Source: a virus (taxonomy: Duplodnaviria; Caudoviricetes). Taken from it: 48,797 nucleotides of DNA. The DNA is taken from the IMG/VR virus record IMGVR_UViG_3300048080_000334, positions 1 through 48,797 of that record, one strand, 5' to 3'. Position numbers and translations under genes: made by a program. The notes below the pieces were generated by a model, which was not told the DNA's origin, ran no database searches, and saw only the letters and a list, made by a program, of their open reading frames with translations. Of this stretch, positions 25,225 through 33,077 are shown piece by piece (the stretch's first letter is position 1; the number at the start of each line of letters is the position of its first letter).

Positions 25225-26458
25225 GGCGCATCATTCGGATCGCCAGGTGAAGGTCGCTCGCCCCGTGGGGGTTGCCCTCGGGGTAGCCGCCGGTGCGAAG
25301 CCAGTCAGCGTGGGTGATCGCGCCGGCGAAGAAGAGCGGAGCCGGGCGGGCGCGGCCGCTGTAGACCTCGACGGCCTGGCGCCCGACCTCGATCGCCACC
25401 GGGGGGGCCACCGTGCCTTCACCGCCATCTGGGCGCCGCCCCTCTGGATCGATCACGCCGAGATAGGGGGGCTGATACAAGCACTCTCCCGCGTTCCAGC
25501 CCGCCGCTACGGCCTGCTCGACCGCCAGGAGCTGTTGTTCCCCACCAGCGAGCACCGTGGCGAAGGCCGCGGCCCCGGGCTCGCACGCTTCGAGGAGTTG
25601 GCGTGCCAATGGCGTAAGATGCACGACCTCGGCCGATTGCTGGATCAGCACGTCGCCTCGCCCCATAGCCATGAGCTGGTTGAAAAGCTCACCCGTATCG
25701 GCCCGGTAGCCACCCGCCCTCTCAATCCGCTCCGACCGGACCCCTGGATAGTCGGCGAGCATCCAGCGCGTCTCGTCGGTCGAAGCGTCGTCGAGGACCA
25801 CAACCTCGGTTTCGGCGTAGCGTTGCGCCTCGATCGACCGGAGCGTCATCTCCAGGAGTCGCCAGCGGTTACGCGTCGGGATTAGGATCGAGGCCAGGGG
25901 CGGCATATCGCGCCGCCGCCAGTATGTCCCTACCGTCGCCAGCCCACTTGGCACGGGCCCACGATGGAGTTCGCGCCAGCCGTCGTCGATAAGCTCCTCG
26001 TGCGTCCACTGAGCGACGTGCTCCTCGTACGGGTTGCCGAACGGCTCGCCGCGCTGGGGGCAATCGGTCACGGGGATCGAGAGGAAGAGGGTGAGGCCGG
26101 CGGCGAGCATCCGATCGACCAGCGCCCTCGCGTCGTCCTTGGGCATGTGCTCCAGCACGTCGCCAAGGATTGCAGCCTCGTATTCGTCCCAGGCGCCGAA
26201 CTCGCGGGCGTCGGCAACATGGACCCCGGCGTAGAGCTCGCCCAAGGGGAACCGCTCGACGTAGGGCGGCCATATTTCCAGGGCGTCGATACGGACGCGA
26301 TCGCGGAGGAGCCGACCCCATTTCCCCTCGCCAGCCCCCACGTCGATCACGCCGTCGGGCTTGAGGGCGAGGATGTGCTCGACCATGAGGTCGCGCCCGG
26401 CGATCGGCTGCTCGCTCTCCGGCACGTTAGCCCCCCGGTAGTTCGTAGGTCCGGACAT
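25160..26458 (-). CDS. Methyltransferase-GT2 glycosyltransferase fusion
   Basis: N-domain VIDVGAGEGKWG, GDVLEH and NPYEEH; C-domain SILIPTRNR, VVLDDASTD and GGYPE...SDLHLA.R. Confidence 0.85.
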   Translation of the reverse strand: MSGPTNYRGANVPESEQPIAGRDLMVEHILALKPDGVIDVGAGEGKWGRLLRDRVRIDALEIWPPYVERFPLGELYAGVHVADAREFGAWDEYEAAILGDVLEHMPKDDARALVDRMLAAGLTLFLSIPVTDCPQRGEPFGNPYEEHVAQWTHEELIDDGWRELHRGPVPSGLATVGTYWRRRDMPPLASILIPTRNRWRLLEMTLRSIEAQRYAETEVVVLDDASTDETRWMLADYPGVRSERIERAGGYRADTGELFNQLMAMGRGDVLIQQSAEVVHLTPLARQLLEACEPGAAAFATVLAGGEQQLLAVEQAVAAGWNAGECLYQPPYLGVIDPEGRRPDGGEGTVAPPVAIEVGRQAVEVYSGRARPAPLFFAGAITHADWLRTGGYPEGNPHGASDLHLAIRMMRLGMFFKFLGGAVGFHIAHDKS

Positions 26459-26717
26459 CGGGAGCGTGGCCCATCCGCCCGCGCTCGATCGCCTCGGCCA
26501 GGCGACGGTTGATTTCGTCCCGAAGCCTTACGCGCTGCTCCCCTGCCTTGCGAGCCTTGAACTCAAGCTCCGAGATGCGGCCGTTATTGGCGTCCTTGCC
26601 CTTGCGGCGCTCTGCGAGGATGTTCTCATTGGCGTGGTAACACTTGATATTTTCTATGGATAGCTTGTCGATCAGCTCGCCGATCGAACAGACGTAATCG
26701 TAGCTCTCGGCTGTCAT
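26427..26717 (-). CDS. Small helical protein of the kind found in glycan loci (DUF4254/DUF6165-like)
   Basis: SIGELIDKLSIENIK...EQRVRL..EIN. Confidence 0.6.
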   Translation of the reverse strand: MTAESYDYVCSIGELIDKLSIENIKCYHANENILAERRKGKDANNGRISELEFKARKAGEQRVRLRDEINRRLAEAIERGRMGHAPDVRTYELPGG

Positions 26718-27484
26718 GCCCCCTCCGCCATGTGCTCCGCCCCGGGCGGGCGCCGGCCGCGCCGCTCAACGGCTTCGTGATGGTAGACGATCGAATCGCG
26801 GCAGAGGAGGAACTTGGCCCCATGGTCGGCGCAGATAGCGAAGAATCGGCGATCGGGGGCGTCCCCGCCTTCGTGTCGCAGAGCCCACGGCCCGTACCGC
26901 GCCCACCATGAGCGGTGAAGCGCGTAGGGAAAGGTGGCGCAACTTCGCCACCCGCCAGGCACCTCGTCCTGTGTCGCTACGCGGTCCTCGCGCAACCGCT
27001 CCGCAAGCCGCTCGAAGCCGATGAGGTCGAAGGTATCGGCCGTCGGCAGGCCGAAGTTCCCGTAAATGATCCCCACGCCCTGGGCCGAAGGATCGCCCGC
27101 CGGCGTGGGTGTGATGTGGAGCGAGTTGGGGATCACTCCGGGCTCCGTCGCCCGGCGCACCAAGTTGGCGAGCCATCCCTTGGCAAAGGCCATGTCGGTG
27201 TTCACCGGCACCACCCAATCGTTTGCCAGAATCCCAGTGTCAAATCCGTGGTTCATCATTGCGCGAAGCTGCGGAACATAGTCGAGCCCTGGCTGAGTCT
27301 CGAACGGGATGCGGATGATGGGATAACCTGCGTACTCGATCCAGGTCACAACCTCGGGAGTGGGAAGCCAGGTCACGACATAGTAGTCGAAGTCGTCGGT
27401 ACCCGCGTTGTCGAAAATCATCCCCGTCGAGAACTTGAGCATCTCGATGGCGGTGCTACAAAAATTGACAACACTCACGCGCAT
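26714..27484 (-). CDS. GT2-like glycosyltransferase
   Basis: MNHG, VVPVNTDM...GWL..L, PDRRF and IVYHH. Confidence 0.75.
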   Translation of the reverse strand: MRVSVVNFCSTAIEMLKFSTGMIFDNAGTDDFDYYVVTWLPTPEVVTWIEYAGYPIIRIPFETQPGLDYVPQLRAMMNHGFDTGILANDWVVPVNTDMAFAKGWLANLVRRATEPGVIPNSLHITPTPAGDPSAQGVGIIYGNFGLPTADTFDLIGFERLAERLREDRVATQDEVPGGWRSCATFPYALHRSWWARYGPWALRHEGGDAPDRRFFAICADHGAKFLLCRDSIVYHHEAVERRGRRPPGAEHMAEGA

Positions 27485-28296
27485 GCGGCGAGGATCCTCC
27501 TGATCTCGGCCGGCACCGCCCCGGGCATCGTCGCCACATTGTCAGCTGTGAGAGCCATGTTCCAGGATTGATTCATGCCACCGTACCAATGCACGCCGCA
27601 GCAGTCCTCGGGGATCTCTGGATAATCATTACGCTCAAACATCCACGGATGCCATTGCATCCACTCGCCCTTGAGTGCGAATGGGTAGACGACGCGCTCG
27701 GAGAGTAGTGCTTTGGGCTCTGGGATCTCGTCCCATGAGGCGGGGAAACGCCCGGCGCCACAGCTTTCGTAGACTGTGGGGTTGTAGGCTTCGCGTGCTC
27801 GCTGGTACATCTCCCGCCAGAACTCGCATGGCCGGCCCTGGAGGAATCCGATTGGCATGTACCCGGCCTTGGGCCAGCCAGTGCAAACGACCATTTGGAT
27901 CGGGGCAGTGATCACTGGTAACGGACGAATGAACAGCACGTCCATGTCCGCCACGGTCCCTCCCTGCTCGGCCAAGAGCTTCCACCCGAGGAGATCGGAG
28001 GTCTGGACGTCGGGGGCCGCAAGCTCGGCCAAGTCGAGCGCGATCTCGTGCAGCGGGATCTGTTTGACCGTCGGCGGCAAACGATCGATCCAGTTCTTTC
28101 CGATGGCCGGCATCTGGAAGTCCTGGTGTTCGTGCCAGTGCTTCGAGGCCCGCATCTCCGATTCGTGGAGTGCCTGGTCATTCTCCCGCCTGACCAGGAT
28201 CACGTTGTCGTGGACGAGGCTCGCGCTCTTGAGAGTCATCCAGCGAAGGAACGTAAGATGATTCCCGCCCCAAAAGAACCAGAGCGGGTCGCTCAT
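27475..28296 (-). CDS. GT32-like (DxD) glycosyltransferase
   Basis: FFWGG, SDLLGWKLLAEQGGTVADMDVLFIRPL and GVHWYGG. Confidence 0.8.
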   Translation of the reverse strand: MSDPLWFFWGGNHLTFLRWMTLKSASLVHDNVILVRRENDQALHESEMRASKHWHEHQDFQMPAIGKNWIDRLPPTVKQIPLHEIALDLAELAAPDVQTSDLLGWKLLAEQGGTVADMDVLFIRPLPVITAPIQMVVCTGWPKAGYMPIGFLQGRPCEFWREMYQRAREAYNPTVYESCGAGRFPASWDEIPEPKALLSERVVYPFALKGEWMQWHPWMFERNDYPEIPEDCCGVHWYGGMNQSWNMALTADNVATMPGAVPAEIRRILAACA

Positions 28297-29384
28297 ACGA
28301 AGTTGCCGTGCGTCACGGGCAGCGTATTGATCAGGTGATTGATAGCGCGGTTCTTGTCGTTAAACTGGCATCGCGGGCACGATCGAGCGTCGAACCGGGC
28401 GAAATCGTCATGCTTCGACTGCGACTCCCAAAGGTCGCGGAAGCGCTGGCTCTTGAGCGAGCCGATGGCGCCGCGCTCGGTGTAGGAGAGGACGCAGCAC
28501 CGATAGAGGTTCATGTCACCGCCGATATAGGTGGTGAAGTTCTGGTAGCCGCATCGCTTGTAGTCGGGGGAATGCAGCTCCAGATCCGAGAGTCTGGTTC
28601 CGAAGTTGTTGATCACCGTGAATCCGTTGCCGCTGATCGTCTCGGCTTCGGCGCATAGCGCCACCGCTTCGTCGTGAAATTCGGCGAAGTAGTGATCGTC
28701 GTCGGGCTGGAACATCGCCGAGATGCGCATGTTGTCGGCCCCCAGGTCGCGCGCAAGCCGCGCCCCATCGACGACCTCTCCCCAATTCTCCTTCGTCACC
28801 ACGAAGCCGATGCCGATGGTCAGCGGCCGCGTGGCGTCGAGGCGCGCTGCGACTAGGGAACGCACGTTCGCCAGCACTTTGTCCCAATGCCCGCTCGGTA
28901 CGTGCCGAACCGCGCAATACGTCTCCTGGTGGGCGGCGTCGATTGAGATGCGTGTCCACTTGGCGCTCATCAGCTGGGGCAGGACAAGCGGCAGCCGCAC
29001 CCCGTTAGTAACGAGAGCAACGTCGAGGCCGAGGTCGAGCGCTCGCTGCATGATCTGCGCGCATTGCGGGTGGACGGTCGGCTCACCCCCGCCGGTAAAC
29101 TGCACCGCCTTGCCGCCCATGCCCTCGAAGTCCTCAAGAATCTCGACGGCCTTGTCGAATGGGATCATCCGGTTTGGGTTGTGATTGCGCGTACCGTCGG
29201 CCTCGATCACTGAAAAGCTCTCGGTATAGTTCTCGATCCTGTAGGCACAGAAGCTGCAATCCTGGTTGCAGAGATCCGAGATGATGAAATGGAGATGAAC
29301 CGGGGCGGGCTGCTCCCCCGAATGGATCTTGAGAAGGCGGTCCATGTGCAATACCGCCTTGTCGGCGGCGTAGGGACTGCTCAT
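28293..29384 (-). CDS. Radical SAM enzyme with SPASM/twitch domain
   Basis: CNQDCSFC, FTGGGEP, TNG, RISID; C-terminal C...YRCC...IGSL...LW...CPRC. Confidence 0.9.
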   Translation of the reverse strand: MSSPYAADKAVLHMDRLLKIHSGEQPAPVHLHFIISDLCNQDCSFCAYRIENYTESFSVIEADGTRNHNPNRMIPFDKAVEILEDFEGMGGKAVQFTGGGEPTVHPQCAQIMQRALDLGLDVALVTNGVRLPLVLPQLMSAKWTRISIDAAHQETYCAVRHVPSGHWDKVLANVRSLVAARLDATRPLTIGIGFVVTKENWGEVVDGARLARDLGADNMRISAMFQPDDDHYFAEFHDEAVALCAEAETISGNGFTVINNFGTRLSDLELHSPDYKRCGYQNFTTYIGGDMNLYRCCVLSYTERGAIGSLKSQRFRDLWESQSKHDDFARFDARSCPRCQFNDKNRAINHLINTLPVTHGNFV

Positions 29385-30046
29385 CGCACCATCCTGACCT
29401 GCGGTAGTTCGACCATCTGCGGCCCCCCGGGTAGGTTCGAGCTATTGCGACCGTATTCCACCACGGCGAGCTCGTGGCAGTCGAGCACTCGATAGCCGTG
29501 CTTCTTCGCTAGGTACCCGGCCCAGGCGCTGTCTTCGCTGTAGCGGCGCTGGTTCACCGGCATGGCGACGACTTCGCCATTGATCAGGCGCCGATGATAG
29601 ATCTGGCAGGTAGCAGTTCGACACTCGCCCGGAGGCAACACCAGCCAGCGCACGCCACCCATCGTGATCGGGAAGACACCCATTGCCTCGGGTCCTCGGT
29701 CTCCGACCAAGCGCACGAGCGTTTCGATGGCGTCGGGGACGTAGTAGTCGTCGTCGTCGAGGTAGAGGATGTAGTCGCCCGTCGCCTGGTGGGCGGCGAT
29801 GTTGCGGCAGGTCGCCCCGCAGTCGTTATGACGCGCGCCACAGCGGATGAATTTCCGCCGTGGCGATGCCCAGCGCTCGGCCGCATGGGCGGAGAGTTCC
29901 GCAGGCTCGGCTCCGTCTATCACCACGATATGCTCGTAGTCAGACGACGTCTGCGCGTCAACGCTGGCCATCGTCCTATCGGCCGTGATCCGCATGATCG
30001 TCGGTGTGACGATTGAGAACTTCGGCATCCTCCTCACTACGGGCAA
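29381..30046 (-). CDS. GT2 glycosyltransferase
   Basis: SIVTPT, VVIDG, RN.A...ATGDYILYLDDDD and SED. Confidence 0.88.
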   Translation of the reverse strand: MPVVRRMPKFSIVTPTIMRITADRTMASVDAQTSSDYEHIVVIDGAEPAELSAHAAERWASPRRKFIRCGARHNDCGATCRNIAAHQATGDYILYLDDDDYYVPDAIETLVRLVGDRGPEAMGVFPITMGGVRWLVLPPGECRTATCQIYHRRLINGEVVAMPVNQRRYSEDSAWAGYLAKKHGYRVLDCHELAVVEYGRNSSNLPGGPQMVELPQVRMVR

Positions 30047-30061
30047 CGCACTACCTGGATG

Positions 30062-30460
30062 CTAGCTCCGCTTCTTGAAAAGCCGCGCCAGCACGGCTCC
30101 CGCAACGGTCCAGATGACGGTTGGAGTTCCGACCAGGGCCGCGGTCGCCACCGCCGGCACCAGCCCAACCAGCGACTTTCCGACTACTGGCAGGGCCTTC
30201 TCCACCTTCACCGTGGTCACGGTCGGCAGCTTCTCCGCTGGCTTGGTGAGCGTGTAGGCTCCCGAGGCCAGGGCGAAGATCGCCGCCACTAGGAGAGGAA
30301 GATCCTTGATGGTCGGCGTATCGGTAACGACGATGTAGGCACCGGCAAGGATCGCGATCCCCCACAAACTTAGCGGGCGAAGGCTCTCGGGAACGAATCG
30401 GTTGAGCAAGCCCTGGAGGAGCGTCACCGCTCCAGGCAGCCATTCTGGCAAATTCGGCAT
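30062..30460 (-). CDS. Multi-pass membrane protein, holin candidate
   Basis: About 3 hydrophobic segments and a basic C-terminus RLFKKRS. Confidence 0.5.
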   Translation of the reverse strand: MPNLPEWLPGAVTLLQGLLNRFVPESLRPLSLWGIAILAGAYIVVTDTPTIKDLPLLVAAIFALASGAYTLTKPAEKLPTVTTVKVEKALPVVGKSLVGLVPAVATAALVGTPTVIWTVAGAVLARLFKKRS

Positions 30461-30464
30461 CGCC

Positions 30465-31019
30465 TCACTTCTCCTTCTGGTCACCGAACCAGATCCCGAC
30501 CTTGGCACCGGCCGAGAAGTCCCACGGATAGAGCTCGCTCCCGTCCTCGGTGAAGATATCTGGAATGTGGATCCCAATGTCGGCAAAATAGCGCGCGAAG
30601 GCGAATTCAAGCCCCCCCTCAGCGCCGACCGAGAAGCGATCGGGCTCGTTCGGGCGCGACACCCGGAGCCCGGCGTATGGATTGCTCTCCAGGCCGAGGA
30701 TTCCGTAGTCGCTGGTAAAGAGTCCAAGCGATACGTCGAACGTCTGGTCCCACGGCACAGGGTCGCCCTGGATTTCGATACCGTCCTCAGGGGTTTTTGC
30801 CTTCTCGCGCCAGAAATCGTGAACGGTGAAGCGGCCGTTCAGATAGACCTTGCCGCTTGTAACCTCGCACCCGAAGGTGGCGTTGTTCGACCAGCGCTCG
30901 TCAACATTCTCGACCCCGAGGCTTCCGTATGGGTGGGTCTCGACGTCGGCTCGCGCTGGCATGGCGAGCCAGGTGGAAAGCAGCGCCAGCAGGGCGGCGC
31001 ACGTGGCGATCGTTCTCAT
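30465..31019 (-). CDS. Secreted putative outer-membrane beta-barrel protein
   Basis: Signal peptide ending PARA|D, alternating amphipathic strands and terminal strand AGAKVGIWF; AAGGAG RBS. An in-frame Lys/Arg-rich extension to 31127 is possible. Confidence 0.6.
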   Translation of the reverse strand: MRTIATCAALLALLSTWLAMPARADVETHPYGSLGVENVDERWSNNATFGCEVTSGKVYLNGRFTVHDFWREKAKTPEDGIEIQGDPVPWDQTFDVSLGLFTSDYGILGLESNPYAGLRVSRPNEPDRFSVGAEGGLEFAFARYFADIGIHIPDIFTEDGSELYPWDFSAGAKVGIWFGDQKEK

Positions 31020-31142
31020 GGAATAGCTCCTTTGTTCCTGTGGCTTCGGCGACTTGCTGCCGCCTTTCTTCGGTGGCCGTTTCTTGGCCGGCCGCTTGCG
31101 TATGGGTTTGTTCGGTGCCTTTGGCATGATACTACGCTCCTT

Positions 31143-31979
31143 TCATTGCTCGAAGAACAGGGAATCGAACTCGATCGACCCGGTGATCGAGTCCATGTTC
31201 CCGAAGTACATGTATCTCCCAGGGTTTGGAGAGCCGGGTTGCAGGTTGAAGAAGTGCTCCTGGCCGTTGACTGTGGCCTTGAGCTGATCGCCGACCCTCT
31301 GCCAGCGCATCTCGATGGTCGTCCAGGTCCCGACCGCAAGCCCCGAGATGTTCGGCCACCAGACCTCCTCGAAGAGCGTCCCGTCCTTGTTGTTGTAGAG
31401 ATGGGCACGGATCTTCCCGGTCGAGGGTCGATCGAGATCGATCCGAGTGGCCCCGCGACCGGTCTCTTCGTGGGGAGTGCTGTCGAGGGCTAGAGCATTC
31501 GATGAAATGCCGCCGAGATGCTTGCCGCCGGCGAGGTTGATCTGGCTGGAATGCGTGAGAAGCACCTTAAACCGGATCCTGCCCTCGCCATCATCGTCCG
31601 GGCCAAGATAGCGCACGCCCTGGGTATTCGACTTCATGCAGCCGTGGCCGTTGCAATCGATATACTTGGTATCGTCCCGCACCGTCCAGCACCGCCAGAA
31701 GCCAGAATCAATCCGATCGCCACGCGCGGTATCGCCTGTCTGATCACCACAATCGCCTGGCGGAGGAGGAGGGGGGGGAGGAGGCGGGGGTGGAGGTGGT
31801 GGAGGTGGGACGCCAGCTTCGCTCCAGCCCGCCGCCACAAGTGAATCAAGTACCGCTTGCCGGTAACGCGAAAGGCCCGCCAGTCCCTCCTCTTGTGGAC
31901 CGGAGCGCGCCACCACGACCACAACCAAAAGCACGAACCAGATTACGGCCGCGATCGGTAAAATCTTCCTAACGTTCAT
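31143..31979 (-). CDS. Membrane-anchored protein with poly-Pro stalk and beta-jelly-roll (lectin/polysaccharide-lyase-like) domain
   Basis: TM helix, 17 consecutive Pro, GGKHLGG, GTWTTIEM, VNG and IEFD. Confidence 0.6.
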   Translation of the reverse strand: MNVRKILPIAAVIWFVLLVVVVVARSGPQEEGLAGLSRYRQAVLDSLVAAGWSEAGVPPPPPPPPPPPPPPPPPGDCGDQTGDTARGDRIDSGFWRCWTVRDDTKYIDCNGHGCMKSNTQGVRYLGPDDDGEGRIRFKVLLTHSSQINLAGGKHLGGISSNALALDSTPHEETGRGATRIDLDRPSTGKIRAHLYNNKDGTLFEEVWWPNISGLAVGTWTTIEMRWQRVGDQLKATVNGQEHFFNLQPGSPNPGRYMYFGNMDSITGSIEFDSLFFEQ

Positions 31980-32182
31980 TCCCTCCCACTCCTTTCTCGA
32001 AGCAGAGCCTCGATGCGCTCGGCTGTCTCCTTCGTAGTGATCGTTCTCTCCTCGATCGTGCCCTGCCACTTGCTCATGTTGAGCACCCAGGTGGCAAGGC
32101 CGACGATCGCGGCAATGATAATGGCAAGTAGTACATCACGTACATCACGGAACGGGCCCATGCCGTTCGAGGTGGCGGCCAA
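31976..32182 (-). CDS. Single-pass membrane protein with coiled coil (holin or spanin candidate)
   Basis: VLLAIIIAAIVGLATWVL followed by a heptad tail. Confidence 0.6.
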   Translation of the reverse strand: MAATSNGMGPFRDVRDVLLAIIIAAIVGLATWVLNMSKWQGTIEERTITTKETAERIEALLRERSGRE

Positions 32183-32423
32183 CTTGAACCTCCAGACTGT
32201 CCATCCTTAGATCCAACGATTCGAGTTCGTGAATGACGCGGGGACGCTCATGGTAAAGAGTGTCGAGCTGTGCTATCGCAGGACGTCCGAGCGCTTGGTA
32301 GTTTTCCGCGCTTCGATGACGCAACGCTAGCAATCCAAGGACTACCGTAGCCAGGACGGCCCCCATGACGAGGAACGTACGGAGGAATCCATTCGCGCGA
32401 TATGGTGCCCCGGTCGTCATCAA
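32145..32423 (-). CDS. Single-pass membrane protein
   Basis: FLVMGAVLATVVLGLLAL followed by a helical tail. Confidence 0.55.
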   Translation of the reverse strand: MMTTGAPYRANGFLRTFLVMGAVLATVVLGLLALRHRSAENYQALGRPAIAQLDTLYHERPRVIHELESLDLRMDSLEVQVGRHLERHGPVP

Positions 32424-32435
32424 AGGACCTGATCC

Positions 32436-32519
32436 CTACGGTCTCATGCTATTGGCGATCCACCCGGCGATGAACCCTATCACCAGGCCGATCAGGAAAT
32501 TGGCAACGGCACTTTTCAT
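32436..32519 (-). CDS. 27-aa membrane peptide
   Basis: AAGGAGG RBS; MKSAVANFLIGLVIGFIAGWIANSMRP. Confidence 0.55.
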   Translation of the reverse strand: MKSAVANFLIGLVIGFIAGWIANSMRP

Positions 32520-32533
32520 GTGAACATCCTCCT

Positions 32534-33076
32534 TTAGAAAGGTGTCTCGCTTGAGAGGTAGAGGAAGGATGTGCAGAACCAGGAAAATGCCTCCTGGGTC
32601 ACATCGACGAACAGCCGCAGACCGATGTATTGGCCTGAAAGAATGCCGCTCAGGTCAACGGTCCTGAGCGCAGGCCCGAGGCTCGTCCCGCCGCCGATAA
32701 TCTCCGGCAATCTGATGCCGAGTATTCCGGATAATGAGGAATGGCCTGGGTTCGCATTAATCCAGCTCGCATCGCTGTCGAGCGAGTACTGGATGTGAAG
32801 GTCGGTCGCCGTACCGCTGGCGTGGAGGTTAAAGATGATATCCATCCGATCGTAGACCTGCTTCAACGGATTGAAAGGATACCATCCGAGATTGACCCAG
32901 CTACCGGCAGCTGGAGGGAGAAGGCTTGCTCCGCCCGTCGTAGAGACGCGAAGCGCGTGGCCCACCGAAGAAACGATGAGCTGGCCGCGCGTCAGATAAT
33001 CGCTTACTTCCTGGTTGAGCTTGCTGCTCGTAAGCGGTGTCTCTCCGAAAACATATGTCGTTCGAGCTCTGGTCAT
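32534..33076 (-). CDS. Minor tail or tail-tip protein
   Basis: FGETPLTSSKLNQ N-terminal motif typical of tail-tip proteins; follows the hub gene. Confidence 0.6.
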   Translation of the reverse strand: MTRARTTYVFGETPLTSSKLNQEVSDYLTRGQLIVSSVGHALRVSTTGGASLLPPAAGSWVNLGWYPFNPLKQVYDRMDIIFNLHASGTATDLHIQYSLDSDASWINANPGHSSLSGILGIRLPEIIGGGTSLGPALRTVDLSGILSGQYIGLRLFVDVTQEAFSWFCTSFLYLSSETPF

Positions 33077-33077
33077 T

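Noticed and set aside
23888-30046. DNA hypermodification cluster
   Set aside because: No TET/JBP, hydroxymethylase, kinase or DNA polymerase partner; late-operon position; MTases lack DNA-MTase motifs such as DPPY or PC. Disfavoured, not disproved.
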